A stretch of 64,000 nucleotides of DNA from an uncultured Chloroflexia bacterium (GTDB lineage: Bacteria; Chloroflexota; Limnocylindria; Limnocylindrales; CSP1-4). The notes beneath the pieces are model-generated. The model did not search any database, was not told the DNA's origin, and was given only the letters and a program-made list of their open reading frames with translations. The translations under genes and the position numbers were made by a program. The stretch is taken from contig CAVUGM010000001.1 in assembly GCA_963741085.1 (NCBI GenBank), positions 124,558-188,557 on the forward strand. Direction: 5' to 3'. Below are positions 21,485-31,548 of this stretch, in pieces (the first letter of the stretch is position 1; every line of letters starts with the position of its first letter).

Positions 21485-22264
21485 TCACAGCTCGTAGATG
21501 CGCGCCATCAGGGCCCCGTCCACGACGACCTGCGAGCCGCTGACGAAGGATGCGTCGTCGGAGGCGAGGAAGAGAGCCACCCGCGCGATCTCGTCGGGCG
21601 ACGCGATCCGCCGGAGCGGGTACTCGCGCTCGAGCTTGCGCCGGAACTCGACCGGGTCCGGGTGGGCCCGGAAGAACGCCTGGTTGAGCTCGGTGTCCAC
21701 GTCGCCCGGGCAGATCGCGTTGGCCCGGATCCCGTCGGGGCCGTAGGTGATGGCGATGTTCTGGGTCAGGGCGATGATCGCGGCCTTCGTCGCGCCGTAG
21801 ATCGGCAGGAGCGGGTCTGCCACGAGGGCGTTGAGCGAGGACATGTTGACGATGGCGCCCGACCGGCTGGCGACCATCGACGGCAGCACGGCGCGGCAGA
21901 AGAGGAAGTAGCCGAGCAGGTTCACGTTCACCACGCGGTGGAAGTCGTCCAGCGTCACGTCGACGAGCCGGGCCTCCTTCTGAACGGCGGCGTTGTTCAC
22001 CAGCACGTCCACCCGGCCGTGCTCGGCCAGGACACCGTCCACGGCTCGCCGGACGTCGTCCTCGTCGGAGACGTCGCCGCGGACGAAGGTCATCGCGCCG
22101 CCGGCCGCCACCACCCCCGCCGCCACCCGGCGGCCCGCGTCCTCGAGCACGTCCACGCCCGTGACGAGCGCGCCCTCCTGCGCGAACGTGCGGGCAATGG
22201 CCGCCCCGATCCCGCGCGACGTGCCGGTCACGATCGCGATGCGTCCGGCGAGCCTTCCATCCAT
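21485..22264 (-). CDS. SDR family oxidoreductase
   Basis: ORF 21485..22264 has the TGTSRGIG cofactor motif, NNAA, S...YGATKAA (the Y-x3-K catalytic motif) and PGDVDT. Confidence 0.9.
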   Translation of the reverse strand: MDGRLAGRIAIVTGTSRGIGAAIARTFAQEGALVTGVDVLEDAGRRVAAGVVAAGGAMTFVRGDVSDEDDVRRAVDGVLAEHGRVDVLVNNAAVQKEARLVDVTLDDFHRVVNVNLLGYFLFCRAVLPSMVASRSGAIVNMSSLNALVADPLLPIYGATKAAIIALTQNIAITYGPDGIRANAICPGDVDTELNQAFFRAHPDPVEFRRKLEREYPLRRIASPDEIARVALFLASDDASFVSGSQVVVDGALMARIYEL

Positions 22265-22354
22265 GCCGTCGACTTCTCCTTCGGTCTGCCCCGGGGTCGC
22301 CCGCAGGCTCGATGGGCCGGCGCCGCGCCGCTCCGGCGCGCCGGGCGGGGATGC

Positions 22355-23149
22355 CTACGCCAGGATCACCTCGACGCCGAGGTCGCGGGCGTGCGCCAGC
22401 TGGTCCGGGTCGGCGGCAGCGTCGGTGACGAGGGTGTGGACCGCGCTCAGCGGCACGATGGGCGTGAACCCCTGGCGACCCAGCTTCGTCGCGTCTGCGA
22501 CCACCACCACCCGGCGGCCGCGCGAGGCGATCATCGCGCCGACCTCGGCCACCAGGACGTGCGGCGTGGTCAGGCCGGTCTCGGCCGTCAGGCCGTCGCA
22601 GCCCAGGAACGCGATGTCGGCCGAGAGGTCGCGCATGTCGGCCACCGTCTGCGGCCCGACCAGGGCCTGGTGCTCCGGCAGGTAGAGGCCGCCGAGGCAG
22701 ACGAGGTGCGGGCTCTCCCAGCGTCCGACCTCGTCCAGGACGGGCAGGGAGTTGGTGACGATGGTGATCGCGTTCGGGCGCCGCAACGGCCGGCCGAGGT
22801 GGGCCGCCACCTGGGCGACCGTCGAGCCCGAGTCGAACGCGACGACGTCGCCTGCGCTTACGAGCGCGGCGGCCGCGGCCCCGATCCGCTTCTTCTCGTC
22901 ACGCGCCGCGCGGGCGCGCAGGGCGTAGGCATTGCGCCCGTGCTCGCGGGTCACCGCCACGGCGCCGCCGTGGACCCGCCGGAGAAGGCCGTCCTCCTCG
23001 AGGATCGACAGATCGCGACGGATCGAGACGTCGGTCACGCCGAACTGCGCCGCAAGGTCGGCCACGGAGATGCGACCTTCGTCGTCGATCCGCCGGGCGA
23101 TGACCTGGCGCCGCACGTGAGCGGGCACGATGCCCGTGACGACGCTCAT
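22355..23149 (-). CDS. DeoR/GlpR family transcriptional regulator
   Basis: It has an N-terminal HTH (ISVADLAAQFGVTDVSIRRDLSILEEDGLLRRVHGGA) and a C-terminal DeoR sugar-phosphate sensor domain. The start overlaps the upstream permease stop. Confidence 0.9.
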   Translation of the reverse strand: MSVVTGIVPAHVRRQVIARRIDDEGRISVADLAAQFGVTDVSIRRDLSILEEDGLLRRVHGGAVAVTREHGRNAYALRARAARDEKKRIGAAAAALVSAGDVVAFDSGSTVAQVAAHLGRPLRRPNAITIVTNSLPVLDEVGRWESPHLVCLGGLYLPEHQALVGPQTVADMRDLSADIAFLGCDGLTAETGLTTPHVLVAEVGAMIASRGRRVVVVADATKLGRQGFTPIVPLSAVHTLVTDAAADPDQLAHARDLGVEVILA

Positions 23150-23961
23150 TTTCCCATCCCCATCGTGAGCCCGCGGACGAGGTAGCGCTGGAACACCAGG
23201 AACACGATGATCGCGGGCAGGGCGCTGACGATCGATCCGGCCATCAGCGTCGGGACGTTCACGACGTGCGAGCTCTGGAGGGTGGCGAGGCCGACGGTGA
23301 TCGTCCGCACGTCCGGCGTCTGCAGGAACAGCAGCCCGATGAGGAGGTCGTCCCAGATCTGGATGAACTGGAGCACGACGATCGTCACGATGGCCGGGAC
23401 GGCCAGGGGCAGCATGATGGCCCTGAAGATCTGCCCGTACGAGGCGCCGTCCATGAGCGAGGCTTCGATCAGCTCGGACGGGACGCCCCGGTAGTACGTG
23501 GTCATGAGATAAGTGGCGAACGGGGCGCCGATGGCGGCATAGACGATGATCGCCCCCGGCAGCTGGTTGATGAGCCCCAGCTGGCTGATGTTCACGAACT
23601 CCGGGATGATGATCGCCTGGATCGGGATCATCATTCCCGAGATCAGGAGCAGGAAGACCGTCGCTGAAGCCGGGTAGCCGAGCTTCGCGAAGGCAAACCC
23701 GCCGGTCGTGCTGACGGCGACGATGATCACGATGGCCCCCAGCGTCACGATCGTGGAGTTCACGAGCTGCTGCAGCACAGGGATCGACTGGAAGAGCAGC
23801 TGCCAGCTGTCGAGCGAGAAGCCACCCGAACCCACGTACTGGTCGTACGACTGCAGCGACACCAGCGTCATGTAGGCGAACGGGAACAGCATGATGACGC
23901 CGACGAGGCAGAGGATCGCGAAGATCGCGGTCCGGCCCAGGCGTCGGCGCACGAGATGCAT
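23146..23961 (-). CDS. Carbohydrate ABC transporter permease (CUT1, MalG-like)
   Basis: It has six TM segments and an EAA-loop region (ELIEASLMDGASYGQIFRAIMLPLAVPA). Confidence 0.9.
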   Translation of the reverse strand: MHLVRRRLGRTAIFAILCLVGVIMLFPFAYMTLVSLQSYDQYVGSGGFSLDSWQLLFQSIPVLQQLVNSTIVTLGAIVIIVAVSTTGGFAFAKLGYPASATVFLLLISGMMIPIQAIIIPEFVNISQLGLINQLPGAIIVYAAIGAPFATYLMTTYYRGVPSELIEASLMDGASYGQIFRAIMLPLAVPAIVTIVVLQFIQIWDDLLIGLLFLQTPDVRTITVGLATLQSSHVVNVPTLMAGSIVSALPAIIVFLVFQRYLVRGLTMGMGK

Positions 23962-23970
23962 CGGCGACCC

Positions 23971-24912
23971 TCAGTCCGTCCGGCTGCGGAGCAGCCGCAG
24001 CTGGATGATGCTGATCACGAAGACGATCGCGAACAGGACGACTCCGATCGCCGCTGCCAGGCCGAACACGCCGTTGTTGAAGGCCTTCTCGTAGACGAAG
24101 AACTCGAGGGTGGTCGTTCCGTACCCCGGTCCCCCGCCGGTCATGATGAAGATCAGGCTGAAGAGCGCGGTGAACGCGGTGATCAGGGTCAGGATGAAGG
24201 CGAACTGGATGAAGCGGAGGAGCATCGGGACCGTCACCTGGAAGAGGGTCGCCCAGGCGCCCGCCCCGTCGACCCTGGCCGCCTCGAACACCTCGCGGTC
24301 GAGGGTCGCCATTCCCGTGATGAAGATGATCGTGTTCGTCCCGAACACCGACCAGATGAAGGTGATGATCACGGCCAGCATCGCCGTGTACTCACCGGCG
24401 AGGGGGTCGGTCTGCAGGCCGCCGAGCCCCAGGGCGAGCAGGACGTTGTTGAGGATCCCGTTGGCGGCGAAGAAGCGGACGGCCACCATGCCGATGACGA
24501 CCCAGGAGATCGCGGTCGGCAGGAAGTAGGCCGAGCGGAAGAAGCGCCAGCCGAAGACGCGCTCGTTGAGCAGGAACGCGACGACGAGTGGGATGAGGAT
24601 CGCGAAGGGGATCGCAGCCAGCAGGAAGATGTTGTTGAGGACGACCCGCCAGAACGTCGAGTCGTTGAAGAGCGCCCGGTAGTTGTCGAGGCCGACCGGC
24701 GTCGAGGTGATGCCGTCCCAGCTGGTGAAGCTGTAGTAGAACGTCTGGGCGATCGGCAGGAAGAGCAGCGCCCCCGTGAGGACGAGGACCGGCAGGCTGA
24801 AGAGGATGCCGGCACGTCGGCGTGCTGCGCTCAGCCCGCCACGCCGGCGGCGAGCCGCGAGAGGCAACACCCCGGCGACGGGCTGGGACACGGCGGGACC
24901 TCGGCTCGGCAT
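23971..24912 (-). CDS. Sugar ABC transporter permease (CUT1, MalF-like)
   Basis: It is multi-TM with an EAA loop (EVFEAARVDGAGAWATLFQVTVPML). Confidence 0.9.
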   Translation of the reverse strand: MPSRGPAVSQPVAGVLPLAARRRRGGLSAARRRAGILFSLPVLVLTGALLFLPIAQTFYYSFTSWDGITSTPVGLDNYRALFNDSTFWRVVLNNIFLLAAIPFAILIPLVVAFLLNERVFGWRFFRSAYFLPTAISWVVIGMVAVRFFAANGILNNVLLALGLGGLQTDPLAGEYTAMLAVIITFIWSVFGTNTIIFITGMATLDREVFEAARVDGAGAWATLFQVTVPMLLRFIQFAFILTLITAFTALFSLIFIMTGGGPGYGTTTLEFFVYEKAFNNGVFGLAAAIGVVLFAIVFVISIIQLRLLRSRTD

Positions 24913-24967
24913 GCCTGGGGCACAGGGCGTCGGCGGCCGGGCGCGGCCGGCCGCCGACGCTCCGAGC

Positions 24968-26371
24968 CTACTTGTACCCGGATGACGACCGGCGGTCCGC
25001 CGGCAGCGCCATCAGCGTGTCCTGCATGCTTCTTGAGGGCGTCCGCCGCGGACATCGTCCCGGCGAAGGCCGCCGGCAACGTCTTGTTGCCGGTGTCGAC
25101 GACCTCGGGCTGGAGGATGTTGTCGGCCATCGGGTAGACCCCGAAGTTCTTGGTCGCCGCGTAGCTCAGGAGATCCTGGCTGAGCGGGTCGCTCGTGGTC
25201 GCTCCCTTGAGCCCCGGAATGAGGCCCGCGTCGGAGATGATCTTCTGGGCGTCCGTGGTCGTCATGTAGCTTCAGGAAGTCGGCCGCCACGTCCTTGTGC
25301 TGGCAGTAGCTCGTCATGGCGAATCCGTCGCCGGGGAACTGGACGACGCCGTTGAGGGCCTGGTCCGTGAACGGCGGCAGGAAGACCCCGACCTTGCTGC
25401 CGAGCTGCTTCTCGGCGTCCGAGATCCCCCACGTGCCCTCGAGGGTCATCGCCGCCTTGCCGGCCAGGAACTGCTTCCACGAATCGGCGTTCGAGAGGAC
25501 GTCCTTGTTCGTGTACAGGCTCTTGTACAGGTCGATCCACTGCTGGACCGTGGCGACGATCTTCGGGTCGGTGAAGGGGAGCTCGCCCGTGTAGAGCTTC
25601 TGCCAGTCGGCGACCGGCATCATCATCATCATGTAGCTGAAGTCGTACCACGGGTAGAAGCTCGGCAGGATCGCCTGGGCACCCGAGCCATACACCATGG
25701 GCTGGATCCCCGCGGCCTTGAGCTTCGACGCGGCGGCCATGAACTCCTGCCAGTTGGTGGGCAGCGTGGTGATGCCGGCCTTGGCGAAGAGGTCCTTGTT
25801 GTAGAAGCCGTTGTAGAACTGCAGCTCCAGCGGGACGACGTACACGCCGTTGTCAGGGTTGAAGTTGTCCGAAGCCCACTCGATGCCCGACGAACTGCTT
25901 GAGGGTCGCCTCGGGGATGTAGGTCGGGCTGAGCTTCTCCAGGTAGCCCTTGTTCTGAAGCATGAAGAGGCCGGTCCACATCGTGGCCAGGCACGGCCCG
26001 GTCTTGCTGATCGCGGCCGCCTTGAGAAGGTCGAAGTAGTTGGTCGCCGGCTGGCTGACGACGTCGATGGTGACGTTCGGGTGCAGCGCCTCGTAGCCCT
26101 TGACGAGGTTCTGGGTCGCCGTCGCGTTCGCCTCGGTGCCGTAGTTGTGCCAGAGCGAGATCTTGACCGGCTGGCCGCCGTTGGGCTGGCTCGCCGATGG
26201 CGCCGGCGAGGCCGCGGCGCTGGCCGCGGCGCTGGCCGCCGCGGATGCCGAGGGTGCCGCGGATGGGGCGGCCGCCGACGGGCTCGGCGAGGCGGCCGAA
26301 CTGCAGGCCTGCAAGACCAGGCCGACGAACAGCAACCCGACGATGGGGACGGTCAGCTTGCGTTGACGCAC
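24968..26371 (-). pseudogene. Extracellular solute-binding lipoprotein of the sugar ABC transporter; 3 frameshifts (possibly assembly indels)
   Basis: The GTG start (complement 26369-26371) lies 6 nt after GAAAGGAG. The lipobox is LVLQAC, followed by an Ala/Ser/Pro linker. The body is split over ORFs 25853, 25012 and 24831 and then ends MQDTLMALPADRRSSSGYK*. One inserted base can be read at 25887-25889. Confidence 0.8.
25618..25632 (-). repeat. (ATG)5 trinucleotide run encoding MMMMM inside the solute-binding protein gene
   Basis: There are five consecutive CAT triplets on the plus strand, giving the peptide context DFSYMMMMMPVADW. Confidence 0.9.
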
Positions 26372-26794
26372 CGGTGACTCCTTTCGAACCTGCCGCCGCT
26401 CCGCCTGCCGGCGAACGATCGGCATAGCGTGGCCATCTCGCCGACTGGGGCACCGCTCGAGCGTCCGGCCACCTGGTCGTGCCCCTTTCCCTGTGCGTGC
26501 CGGCCACGGGAGCGACGGGAATCCCGGCGCTGCTGAGGTGGCCGAGGCGTCGCGATGGCGCGGCGCGCGGACGATCCGAACACTAGCGCGAACGCCAGAG
26601 GCGCGTCAATCCAAACAAAACCGTTCATCGGTCGGCCAGAGTGCCGGCGCTCCCTGCCCGGTCGTGCCCGACGAGCCTGCCGGAAGCGAGTCGCTGGTTC
26701 CGAACGGGCTCGGCGTCTGCCCCTCGAGCCTCGAGATCCGTCGAAAGGACGGGTAGCGTCACCAAACGATCATCAAACAAGATAGATCCGGAAC

Positions 26795-26831
26795 CATGTG
26801 ACCTTGACTCCGAAGTCACGTGTGGTAGCCT
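26795..26831 (+). promoter_or_regulatory. Candidate sigma-70-type promoter with an overlapping inverted repeat (possible DeoR operator) for the aldolase-kinase-isomerase operon
   Basis: This lies in the lowest-GC stretch of the window. TTGACT (26804-26809) is followed by a 16-nt spacer and TGgTAGCCT (26823-31). The inverted repeat is CATGTGAC (26795-802) and GTCACGTG (26815-22). No experimental or comparative support is available. Confidence 0.3.
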
Positions 26832-26940
26832 CTGGGGCGACATTCCGGTCATCGCGGCCCCATGGGCGGCAGGCGTCCACGCGGCGTCGGAGGCCCTGCA
26901 GTCGGGGGCCCGACACGATCCGGCAGGGAGGACGAACCCC

Positions 26941-27756
26941 GTGACAACTGGCGAGTCGATCCGCCTGAAGCGGCTCTTCGACGACGGGCGAAACGCCGTC
27001 GTCGTGGCGATCGATCACGGCCTGTACAACGGGCCGCGGCCCGGCTTCGAAGACCTGGCGCCGATCGTCGATCGCCTCCGGGGCGCCGACGCGATTCTCC
27101 TGAGCCCCGGCATGGTGGCCCACGTCGGCTCCGTCTTCGAGCGCCGTGGCGCTCCCGCCATGATCCTGCGCCTCAACTGGGGGACTCAGTACGCGACCCA
27201 GTGGGGCTACAACGAGAGCCGCAGCGTGCCGATGATCTCGGCGGCCCAGGCCGTGGCTCTCGGTGCCGACATCGTGCTCGTCGGGATGTCCATCAAGACC
27301 GGGTCCGAGGCCGTGGACGCGGAGAACGTGGCCCAGGTCGCCGCGTGCGTCGCCGAGAAGCGGATCGTCGGCGTGCCGATCGTGGGCGAGGTCTACCCGG
27401 CCGGCCACGAGGACCTCGCTCCGGAGGAGCGCCACGAGCAGATCGCCATCGGCTGCCGGATCGCCGCCGAGCTCGGGTCGGACCTGGTCAAGACCTTCCA
27501 CACGGGGGCCCGCTTCTCGGAGATCGTCCACTCCACGCCGGTCCCGATCCTCGCCCTCGGTGCCCGCAAGCTTCCGCACGAGGTCGATGCCCTCGAGCTC
27601 GCCGCCACGGCGGTACGCGACGGTGCCCGTGGGGTCGTCTTCGGGCGGAACGTCATCGGCGCTCGGAGCCCGGAGCGCTTCCTCGAGGCGCTCCAGGAGG
27701 TAGTGAAGCAGGGGGCAGAACCGGCCGCCGCGGCCGCCAGGCACGGCCTGGACTAG
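26941..27756 (+). CDS. Class I aldolase of the DhnA/FbaB/LsrF family
   Basis: GTG 26941 follows GGGAGG. The sequence includes RLKRLFDDGRNAVVVAIDHG...ILRLNWG...PIVGEVYP...AELGSDLVKTFHTG (a candidate Schiff-base Lys)...GARGVVFGRNV. Confidence 0.85.
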   Translation: MTTGESIRLKRLFDDGRNAVVVAIDHGLYNGPRPGFEDLAPIVDRLRGADAILLSPGMVAHVGSVFERRGAPAMILRLNWGTQYATQWGYNESRSVPMISAAQAVALGADIVLVGMSIKTGSEAVDAENVAQVAACVAEKRIVGVPIVGEVYPAGHEDLAPEERHEQIAIGCRIAAELGSDLVKTFHTGARFSEIVHSTPVPILALGARKLPHEVDALELAATAVRDGARGVVFGRNVIGARSPERFLEALQEVVKQGAEPAAAAARHGLD

Positions 27757-27788
27757 CGCCCGGCCCGGCCCGCGGCGACACGCCACCG

Positions 27789-29316
27789 ATGGACCTGCTC
27801 CTCGGGCTCGACGTCGGGACGACCTCGGTCAAGGCCGGGCTCTTCGATCCGGCGGGCACCTGCAGAGCCGTCGCCGGCGAGGAGTACCGCCTCGACCACC
27901 CCGCCCCTGATCGAGCGGAGCTCGACGCCGACGTCTACTGGCGGGCGGCGCAGGGCGCCATCCGGCGGGTCGTCGGGGAGGCCGGAGCTGCGCCCGGGGA
28001 CGTGGCGGTGCTCGCGGTCTCGAGCCAGGGCGAGACCGTGGTCCCCGTGGACCACGCGGGACGGCCTCTTGCGCCCGGCGCTCGTCTGGCTCGACAACCG
28101 GGCCGTGGCCGAGTCGCGCGAGCTTGGGGAAGCCTTCGGAGACAAGCGGATCTACGACGTGACCGGCGTCCCCTCGATGGCTCCGACGTGGTCCGCCTGC
28201 AAGATCCTCTGGTGGCGGCGCAACGAGCCGGACGTCTTCGCCGCAGCGCACCGCTTCCTCCTCGTGGAGGACTTCCTCCTCCACCGGCTGACGGGGCGCT
28301 TCGTCACCGAGGGCGGAGTCCACTGCACCTCGCTTCTCTACGACATCGGGCGCCACGCCTGGTGGGACGAGATGCTCGCGGCTGTCGGGATCGACGCGGG
28401 GCGCCTGCCCGAGCTCGTCCGGCCCGGCGACGACGTCGGGTCGCTCGCGCCGTCGGCCGCCAAGGCGCTGGGGCTGTCGCGCCGGGTGCGCGTGGTCGCG
28501 GGTGGGATGGACCAGGGCGCCGGGGCGATCGGCGTCGGAAACATCCGGCAGGGGATGGTGTCCGAGAGCACAGGCGGGGCGCTCACGCTGCAGGCCTCGG
28601 TCGGCCGTCACGGTGGTGACCCGACGCGCCAGACGCCGGTCTACGTCCACTCCGCGCCCGGCAGCTATCTGTACTGCCCGGTCTGCCCGACGGGCGGCAT
28701 GGCGCTCACCTGGTTCCGCGACCACTTCGGGGCCGACGAGAGAATGCGGGCGGAGCGCGACGGGGTGAGCGCCTACGACCTCCTGACGGCCCTGGCCGCA
28801 GACGTGCCGCCCGGATCCGAGGGGCTCATCATGCTCCCCCACCTCATGGGTGCCTTCAGCCCCGAGTACGAGCCGGCGGCGCGGGGCGTCTTCTTCGGCT
28901 TCACGCTCCGGCACGGGAAGGGCCACTTCGTGCGGGCAGTCCTGGAGGCGGTCGCCTTCATGGTCAGGCGCAACGTGGAGCTTCTCGCCGGCGCGGGGGC
29001 GAGCGCGACGGAGATCCGGTCCCACGGGGGCGGCGCCCGGAGCCCGCTCTGGAACCAGGTCAAGGCCGACGTTTGCGGCCTGCCGGTCGTCACCCTGGAG
29101 GGCGACGACGCCGCGCTCCGCGGCGATGCCATGCTCGGCGGGGTGGCAGCCGGGATCTACCCCGACCTCGCCGCGGCCGGGCGGGCCCTGGTCGCGACGA
29201 AAGCCCGCTTCGAGCCCGACGACACGGCCCACGCCACCTACGATCTGGCCTACGCCCGCTACGTACGACTCTTCGACACGCTTCGGCCGCTCTTCGCGGA
29301 CGTGGGCGCGGACTGA
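27789..29316 (+). pseudogene. FGGY family carbohydrate kinase (xylulokinase-like) with a single frameshift near 28070 (possibly an assembly indel)
   Basis: MDLLLGLDVGTTSVKAGLFD...VSSQGETVVPVDHAGRPL in the ORF 26862 frame continues as RPALVWLDNRA...GGMDQGAGAIG...HGGGARSPLWNQVKADVCGLPV in ORF 28069. Confidence 0.85.
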
Positions 29317-29381
29317 TCTCCCGGCGACGCGCACACCCGAGCATCGGGACGAAACACACATCCAGAAGGAGGGACGGAGCA

Positions 29382-30770
29382 GTGGCGATTCGAGCGAAGA
29401 TCGGCGTCCTGGTCATGGCGCTGCTCGAGGACGACTACAACAAGACCGCCCACATGCGCCCGCAGGCGACGGCGGCCGCCCAGCGGATCGCCGACAGCCT
29501 CGCGGAGTACGGGGACGTGGTCCACGCCGGGCTGGTCGAGGAAGAGCACCACGCCGCCGCGGCCGCAAAGCTCTTCAATGCCGAGGATGTCGACCTCATC
29601 GTCGCCTTCGAGCTGGCATACACGAAGGGGATCGTGCCGGCGCGCTGCTTCATCGACACGACCGCGCCGGTCCTCGTCTGGAACACCCAGATGATCCGCC
29701 GCCTCGGCGAGGACGACGGCTTCGACGTGGTGATGCTCAACTCGGGGATGGCCGGCATGCCCGAGCTGACCGCCGTCCTCCTGCGCACCGGCCGCGACTT
29801 CGAGATGGTGACCTCGCACTGGGAGGATCCGGAGGGCCGCCGCAAGGTCCGCGAGGTCATCACCGCCGCGGCGATCCGGCGCCGCCTGCGAAGCGCGCGG
29901 ATCGGGCTCGTCGGCCATCCCTTCGAGGGCATGACCGACCTCATGTTCGACGGGCTCTCCCTGCGCCAGGACGTGGGGCCGGTCGTCTGGCCGCTCGAGC
30001 CGGAGAAGATCGCGGTCCGCTTCGGCGAGATCGCCCAGGCCGACGTGGACACGGCCATCGCCGCCGAGAAGGCCAAGCACGCGGTCGAGATGGAGCCGGC
30101 CCTCTTCGAGCGCTCCATCCGGCTCGCGCTGGCCATCGAGTCGGTGGTCCGCGAGCACGGCTTCGACGCCTTCACGGCGTTCGACCAGGTCTGGCTCAGC
30201 GACCCGCGCGTCGGGATCATCCCGTCCTTCGGCACCGGGCGGCTCTGCGAGATCGGGATCCCGGCCTCGCCGGAGGGCGACGTCAACTGCGCAGTCGCCC
30301 AGCTGATCCTCCAGGAGCTGGCGGGGCAGGCGACCACGGTCGAGAACTACGTCATCGACTTCGACAACAACGCGGTCATGTTCAGCCACGACGGTCACGG
30401 CAACCCGGCCCTCGGCACGCCGGGCCAGACGAAGGTGAAGCACTCGATCTACTACTCGGGAGTCCACGGCTTCGGGGCCGGCTTCGAGTTCGCCTACGAG
30501 CCGGGCCCGGTCACCAACCTGGCCCTGGTCACGATGGGCGAGAACCTGTGGCGCTTCGTCATCTCCGAGGGCGAGTTCCTGCCCTTCCCGCCGCGGCCCA
30601 TCTCGGCACCCCAGACGCTCTTCCGTCACGGCGAGCTGGAGATCGCGGACTGGTGCAACGCGTGGTGCGAGGCCGGCGCGCCGCACCACATGGCCGCCGC
30701 CCGGGGGAGCTGGACCAGCCAGCTGCTCACCCTGGCGCGGATGCTCGGCATCGACGCCGTCGTCGTCTGA
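29382..30770 (+). CDS. L-arabinose/L-fucose isomerase superfamily protein
   Basis: GTG 29382 follows AGGAGGGA. The protein is 462 aa and runs KIGVLVMALLEDDYNK...VDLIVAFELAYTKG...RIGLVGHPFEGMTD...MFSHDGHGN...ADWCNAWCEAGAPHHMAA. The architecture and length are those of AraA/FucI-like sugar isomerases. Confidence 0.75.
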   Translation: MAIRAKIGVLVMALLEDDYNKTAHMRPQATAAAQRIADSLAEYGDVVHAGLVEEEHHAAAAAKLFNAEDVDLIVAFELAYTKGIVPARCFIDTTAPVLVWNTQMIRRLGEDDGFDVVMLNSGMAGMPELTAVLLRTGRDFEMVTSHWEDPEGRRKVREVITAAAIRRRLRSARIGLVGHPFEGMTDLMFDGLSLRQDVGPVVWPLEPEKIAVRFGEIAQADVDTAIAAEKAKHAVEMEPALFERSIRLALAIESVVREHGFDAFTAFDQVWLSDPRVGIIPSFGTGRLCEIGIPASPEGDVNCAVAQLILQELAGQATTVENYVIDFDNNAVMFSHDGHGNPALGTPGQTKVKHSIYYSGVHGFGAGFEFAYEPGPVTNLALVTMGENLWRFVISEGEFLPFPPRPISAPQTLFRHGELEIADWCNAWCEAGAPHHMAAARGSWTSQLLTLARMLGIDAVVV

Positions 30771-30828
30771 CCCGCGGGCCCCGGCGCCGGCCGCGCCCAG
30801 GTCGCATCTCCGACGCGCAGGGAAGCTG

Positions 30829-31548
30829 GTGCATGTGGACGTCGAGATCACGCCGCCGTTCTTCGAGATCGGGCCGAAGGCATACGCCTACGGCCCCCAG
30901 ATGGTCGAGCTCGCTCGGCGCGCGGACGCCCTGGGCCGCGACCAGGGCGTCAAGGTGATCATCACCCCGCAGGCCGTGGACATCGCGCCCGTGGCGGCGG
31001 CCGTCACCTCGGCGCTCGTCTTCGCCCAGCACATGGACTCCCTGCCCGTCGGGCGCGGCGTCGGCTCGCTGCTGCCGGAAGCCGTCAAGGCCGCGGGCGC
31101 GTCGGGCGTCCTCCTGAACCACGTCGAGCGGCGGCTCTCCCGCGACGAGATCGCGCGGACGGTCCGGCGCGCTGCCGAGGTCGGCCTGGCCACGATGGTC
31201 TGCGCCGACGATGCCCGCGACGCCACCGAGATCGCCGCGCTCCACCCGACCGTGATCATCGTGGAGTCGCCGGAGCTCATCGCGGGTGGCAGCCGGGGTG
31301 ACGCGGAACGGCGGGCGATCGCCGCCGCCAACGCGGCGATCTGGAGGGTGGACCCGGCGATCCGTGTCCTCCACGGTGCCGGCATCAGCGACGCCTCCGA
31401 CGTCGCGGCGGTCATCTCGGCCGGCGCCCAGGGAACCGGCTCCAGCAGCGCCATCTTCACCGCCGCGGATCCCGCGGCCATGCTCGAAGCCATGATCCGG
31501 GCCGTCCGAGACGCCTGGGATCGGACCCACGGAGGAGCCGCTCGATGA
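30829..31548 (+). CDS. Triosephosphate isomerase family protein, archaeal-type short form (paralogue)
   Basis: The 239-aa protein has FEIGPKAY..., LLNHVERRL (compare NHSE) and IIVESPELIAGG (compare the EPPELIG catalytic Glu), then HGAGIS. Confidence 0.75.
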   Translation: MHVDVEITPPFFEIGPKAYAYGPQMVELARRADALGRDQGVKVIITPQAVDIAPVAAAVTSALVFAQHMDSLPVGRGVGSLLPEAVKAAGASGVLLNHVERRLSRDEIARTVRRAAEVGLATMVCADDARDATEIAALHPTVIIVESPELIAGGSRGDAERRAIAAANAAIWRVDPAIRVLHGAGISDASDVAAVISAGAQGTGSSSAIFTAADPAAMLEAMIRAVRDAWDRTHGGAAR

